Made by a program: the position numbers and the translations under genes
DNA from: Eledone cirrhosa
Lineage: Eukaryota
Assembly: GCA_964016885.1 (NCBI GenBank)
Contig: CAXHJY010000523.1
Span: 1-64,000 of the forward strand
DNA length: 64,000 nucleotides
Reading direction: 5' to 3'
Notes under the pieces: generated by a model
What the model saw: the letters and a program-made list of their open reading frames with translations, nothing else
What the model was told of the DNA's origin: nothing
Database searches by the model: none
Shown here: positions 59,054 to 64,000 of the stretch, piece by piece
Layout: each line of letters opens with the position of its first letter
Position numbering within the stretch: position 1 is the stretch's first letter

Positions 59054-62000
59054 CTGAATATCCACAGTGACACTAGTTGACAGTAAGACACACACAAGCT
59101 GAATATCCACAGTGACACTTGTTGACTGTAAGACACACACACACAGGCTGAATATCCACAGTGACACTAGCTGACAGTAAGACACACACACAGGCTGAAT
59201 ATCCAGTGACACTAGCTGACAGTAAGACACACACAGGTTGAATATTCACAGTGACACTAGTTGACAGTAGGACACACACACACACAGGCTGAATATCCAC
59301 AGTGACAGTAGTTGACAGTAAGACACACGCACACAGGCTGAATATCCACAGTGACACTAGTTGACAGTAAGACACACACACACAGGCTGAATATCGACAG
59401 TGACACTAGTTGACAGTAAGACACACACACACAGGCTGAATATCCACAGTGACACTAGTTGACAGTAAGACACACACATACAGGCTGAATATCCACAGTG
59501 ACACTACTTCACTGTAAGACACACAGGCTGAATATCCACAGTGACACTAGTTGACAGTAAGACACACACACACAGGCTGAAAATCCACAGTGACACTAGT
59601 TGACAGTAAGACACACACACACATACTGAATATCCACAGTGACACTAGCTGACAGTAAGACACACACACACAGGCTGATTATCCACAGTGACACTAGTTG
59701 ACAGTAAGACAGACACACACAGGCTGAATATCCACAGTGACACTATTTGACAGTAAGACACACACACACAGACTGAATATCCACAGTGACATTGCTGACA
59801 GTAAGACACACACACACACAGACTGAGTATTCACAGTGACACTACTTGACAGTAAGACACACAGAGGCTGAATATCCACAGTGACACTAGTTGACAGTAA
59901 GACACACACAGGCTGAATATCAACAGTGACACTAGTTGACAGTAAGACACACACACACAGGCTGAATAACCACAGTGACACTAGTTGACTGTATCACACA
60001 CATACGGGCTGAATAACCACAGTGACACTAGTTGACAGTAAGACACACACACACTCAGGCTGAATATCCACAGTGACACTAGTTGACAGTAAGACACACA
60101 CACAGACTGAATATCCACAGTGACACTAGCTGACAGTAAGACACACACACACAGGCTGAATATCCACAGTGACACTAGTTGACAGTAAGACACACACACA
60201 CAGGTTGAATATTCACACTGACACTAGCTGACAGTAAGACACACACACACAGGCTGAATATCCACAGTGACACTAGTTGACAGTAAGACACACACACACA
60301 GGCTGAATATCCACAGTGACACTAGTTGACAGTAAGACACACACACACAGGCTGAATATCCACAGTGACACTAGTTGAGAGTAAGACACACACACAGACT
60401 GAATATCCACAGTGACACTAGTTGACAGTAAGACACACAGGCTGAATATCCACAGTGACACTAGTTGACAGTAAGACACACACACACAGGCTGAATATCC
60501 ACAGTGACACTAGTTGACAGTAAGACACACACACACAGGTTGAATATTCACACTGACACTAGCTGACAGTAAGACACACACACACAGGCTGAATATCCAC
60601 AGTGACACTAGTTGACAGTAAGACACACACAGGCTGAATATCCACAGTGACACTAGTTGACAGTAAGACACACACACACAGGCTGAATATCCACAGTGAC
60701 ACTAGTTGACAGTAAGACACACACACACAGGTTGAATATTCACACTGACACTAGCTGACAGTAAGACACACACACACAGGCTGAATATCCACAGTGACAC
60801 TAGTTGACAGTAAGACACACACACACAGGCTGAATATCCACAGTGACACTAGTTGACAGTAAGACACACACACACAGGTTGAATATTCACACTGACACTA
60901 GCTGACAGTAAGACACACACACACAGGCTGAATATCCACAGTGACACTAGTTGACAGTAAGACACACACACACAGGCTGAATATCCACAGTGACACTAGT
61001 TGACAGTAAGACACACACAGGCTGAATATCCACAGTGACACTAGTTGACAGTAAGACACACACACACAGGCTGAATATCCACAGTGACACTAGTTGACAG
61101 TAAGACACACACACACAGGTTGAATATTCACACTGACACTAGCTGACAGTAAGACACACACACACAGGCTGAATATCCACAGTGACACTAGTTGACAGTA
61201 AGACACACACAGGCTGAATATCCACAGTGACACTAGTTGACAGTAAGACACACACACACAGGCTGAATATCCACAGTGACACTAGTTGACAGTAAGACAC
61301 ACACACACAGGTTGAATATTCACACTGACACTAGCTGACAGTAAGACACACACACACAGGCTGAATATCCACAGTGACACTAGTTGACAGTAAGACACAC
61401 ACAGGCTGAATATCCACAGTGACACTAGTTGACAGTAAGACACACACACACAGGCTGAATATCCACAGTGACACTAGTTGACAGTAAGACACACACACAC
61501 AGGTTGAATATTCACACTGACACTAGCTGACAGTAAGACACACACACACAGGCTGAATATCCACAGTGACACTAGTTGACAGTAAGACACACACACACAG
61601 GCTGAATATCCACAGTGACACTAGTTGACAGTAAGACACACACACACAGGCTGAATATCCACAGTGACACTAGTTGACAGTAAGACACACCCAGGCTGAA
61701 TATACAGAATGACACTAGTTGACAATAAGACACACACACACAGGCTGAATATCCACAGTGACACTAGTTGACAGTAAGACACACACACACAGGTTGAATA
61801 TCCATAGTGACACTAGTTGACAGTAAGACACACACACACAGGTTGAATATCCAGTGACACTAGTTGACAGTAAGACACACACACACAGGTTGAATATCCA
61901 CAGTGACACTAGTTGACAGTAAGACACACACACACACACACTGGCTGAATATCCACAGTGACACTAGTTGACAGTAAGACACACACACAGAGGTTGAATA

Positions 62001-62318
62001 TCCACACTGACACTAGCTGACAGTAAGACACACACAGGCTGAATATCCACAGTGACACTAGTTGACAGTAAGACACACACACACAGGTTGAATATCCACA
62101 GTTACACTAGTTGACAGTAAGACACACACACACACAGGCTGAATATCCAAAGTGACACTAGTTGACAGTAAGACACACACACACAGGCTGAATGTCCACA
62201 GTGACACTAGTTGACAGCAAGACACACGCGCACAGGCTGAATATCCACAGTGACACTAGCTGACTGTAAAACACACACACACAGGCTGAATATCCACAAT
62301 GACACTAGTTGACAGTAA

Positions 62319-62370
<52 letters not shown>

Positions 62371-64000
62371 CTGAATATCCACAGTGACACTAGTTGACAG
62401 TAAGACACACGCACACAGGCTGAATATCAACAGCGACACTAGTTGACAGTAAGACACACACAGGCTTAATATCCACAGTGACACTAGTTGACGGTAAGAC
62501 ACACACTCACAGGCTGAATATCCACAGTGACGCTAGTTGACAGTAAGACACACTCACACAGGCTGAATATCCACAGTGACACTAGTTGACAGTAAGACAC
62601 ACACACACGAGCTGAATATCCACAGTGACACCAGTTGAAAGTAAGACACACACTCACACAGGCTGAATATCCACAGTGACACTAGTTGACAGTAAGACAC
62701 ACACACACGAGCTGAATATCCACAGTGACACCAGTTGAAAGTAAGACACACACACACACAGGCTGAATATCCACAGTGACACTAGTTGACAGTAAGACAC
62801 ACTCACACAGGCTGAATATCCAGTGACACTAGTTGACAGTAAGACACACAGAGGCTGAATATCCATAGTGACACTAGCTGACAGTAAGACACACACAGGC
62901 TGAATATCCACAGTGACACTAGTTGACAGTAAGACACACACACACACACAGAGGCTGAATATCCACAGTGACACTAGTTGACAGTAATACACACACGCAC
63001 AGCCTGAATATCAACAGTGACACTAGTTGACGGTAAGACACACACACACAGGCTGAATATCCACAGTGACACTAGTTGAGAGTAAGACACACACACACAG
63101 GCTGAATATCCACAGTGGCACTAGTTGACAGTAAGACACACACACACAGGCTGAATATCAACAGTGACACTAGTTGACTGAAAGACACACACAGGCTGAA
63201 TGTCCACAGTGACACTAGTTGACGGTAAGACACACACACACAGGCTGAATATCCACAGTGACACTAACTGACAGTAAGACACACACAGGTTGAATATCCA
63301 CAGTGACACTACTTGACTGTAAGACACACAGGCTGAATATCCATAGTGACACTAGTTGACAGTAAGACACACACACACAGGCTGAATATCCACAGTGACA
63401 CTAGTTGACAGTAAGACACACACACACATACTGAATATCCACAGTGACACGAGTTGACAGTAAGACACACACACACGCAGGCTGAATATCCACAGTGACA
63501 CTAGTTGACTGTAAGACACACAGAGTCTGAATATCCACAGTGACACTAGTTGACAGTAAGACACACACACACACGCTGAATAACCACAGTGACACTAGTT
63601 GACAGTAAGACACACACACACACAGGCTGAATATCCACAGTGACACTAGTTGACAGTGAGACACACACAAGCTGAATATCCACAGTGACACTATTTGACA
63701 GTAAGACACACACACAGGTTGAATATCCACAGTGACACTAGTTGACAGTAGGACACACACACAGGCTGAATATCCACAGTGACAGTAGTTGACAGTAAGA
63801 CACACACAGGCTGAATATCCACAGTGACACTAGTTGAGAGTAAGACACACACACAGACTGAATATCCACAGTGACACTAGTTGACAGTAAGACACACACA
63901 CACAGGTTGAATATTCACACTGACACTAGCTGACAGTAAGACACACATACACAGGCTGAATATCCACAGTGACACTAGTTGACAGTAAGACACACACAGG

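Larger units (their letters stand above)
6959..64000. repeat. Composite satellite DNA: 37-bp core GGCTGAATATCCACAGTGACACTAGTTGACAGTAAGA plus (CA)n, monomers mostly 45/49/51 bp, roughly 1,200 head-to-tail copies
   Basis: Directly visible throughout. I saw no inversion or foreign insertion. Copy number is estimated as about 57 kb divided by about 48 bp. The array continues past the window end. Confidence 0.99.

Noticed and set aside
7240-63805. Hundreds of minus-strand ORFs (CVSYCQLVSLWIFSL / CVLLSTSVTVDIQPV repeats)
   Set aside because: Two minus frames of the monomer lack stops by chance, frames switch with (CA)n length, and most starts are GTG inside (TG)n. These are satellite artefacts.
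6959-64000. CRISPR-like pattern of a 37-bp repeat with variable spacers
   Set aside because: Spacers are only (CA)n rather than unique sequences, there are no cas genes, and the context is eukaryotic.

Overview
Eukaryotic, repeat-only window with no credible host protein-coding gene. The repeat families resemble those I recall from cephalopods such as Octopus; this is recognition from memory, not a search result. Bases 1 to about 5,600 are an AT-rich mosaic of decayed mobile elements. These include three pieces of one RTE-clade LINE family with (GAT)n tails, a Penelope-like GIY-YIG endonuclease remnant, a SINE-like fragment, a piggyBac-like end, (TA)n and purine microsatellites, and two long inverted repeats. 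One inverted repeat and its flank carry three hammerhead-ribozyme-like motifs: one nearly intact and two CpG-decayed. Bases 5,644-6,948 are a 30-bp minisatellite of about 43 units. Bases 6,959-64,000 (running off the window) are one unidirectional composite satellite of roughly 1,200 monomers, each a 37-bp core (GGCTGAATATCCACAGTGACACTAGTTGACAGTAAGA) plus (CA)n, mostly n=4, 6 or 7. The array has nested higher-order structure: 192-bp tetramers, 2-4.4-kb blocks, a near-perfect 3,151-bp tandem duplication and a roughly 30-kb recurrence. The ORFs after 7 kb are satellite artefacts.
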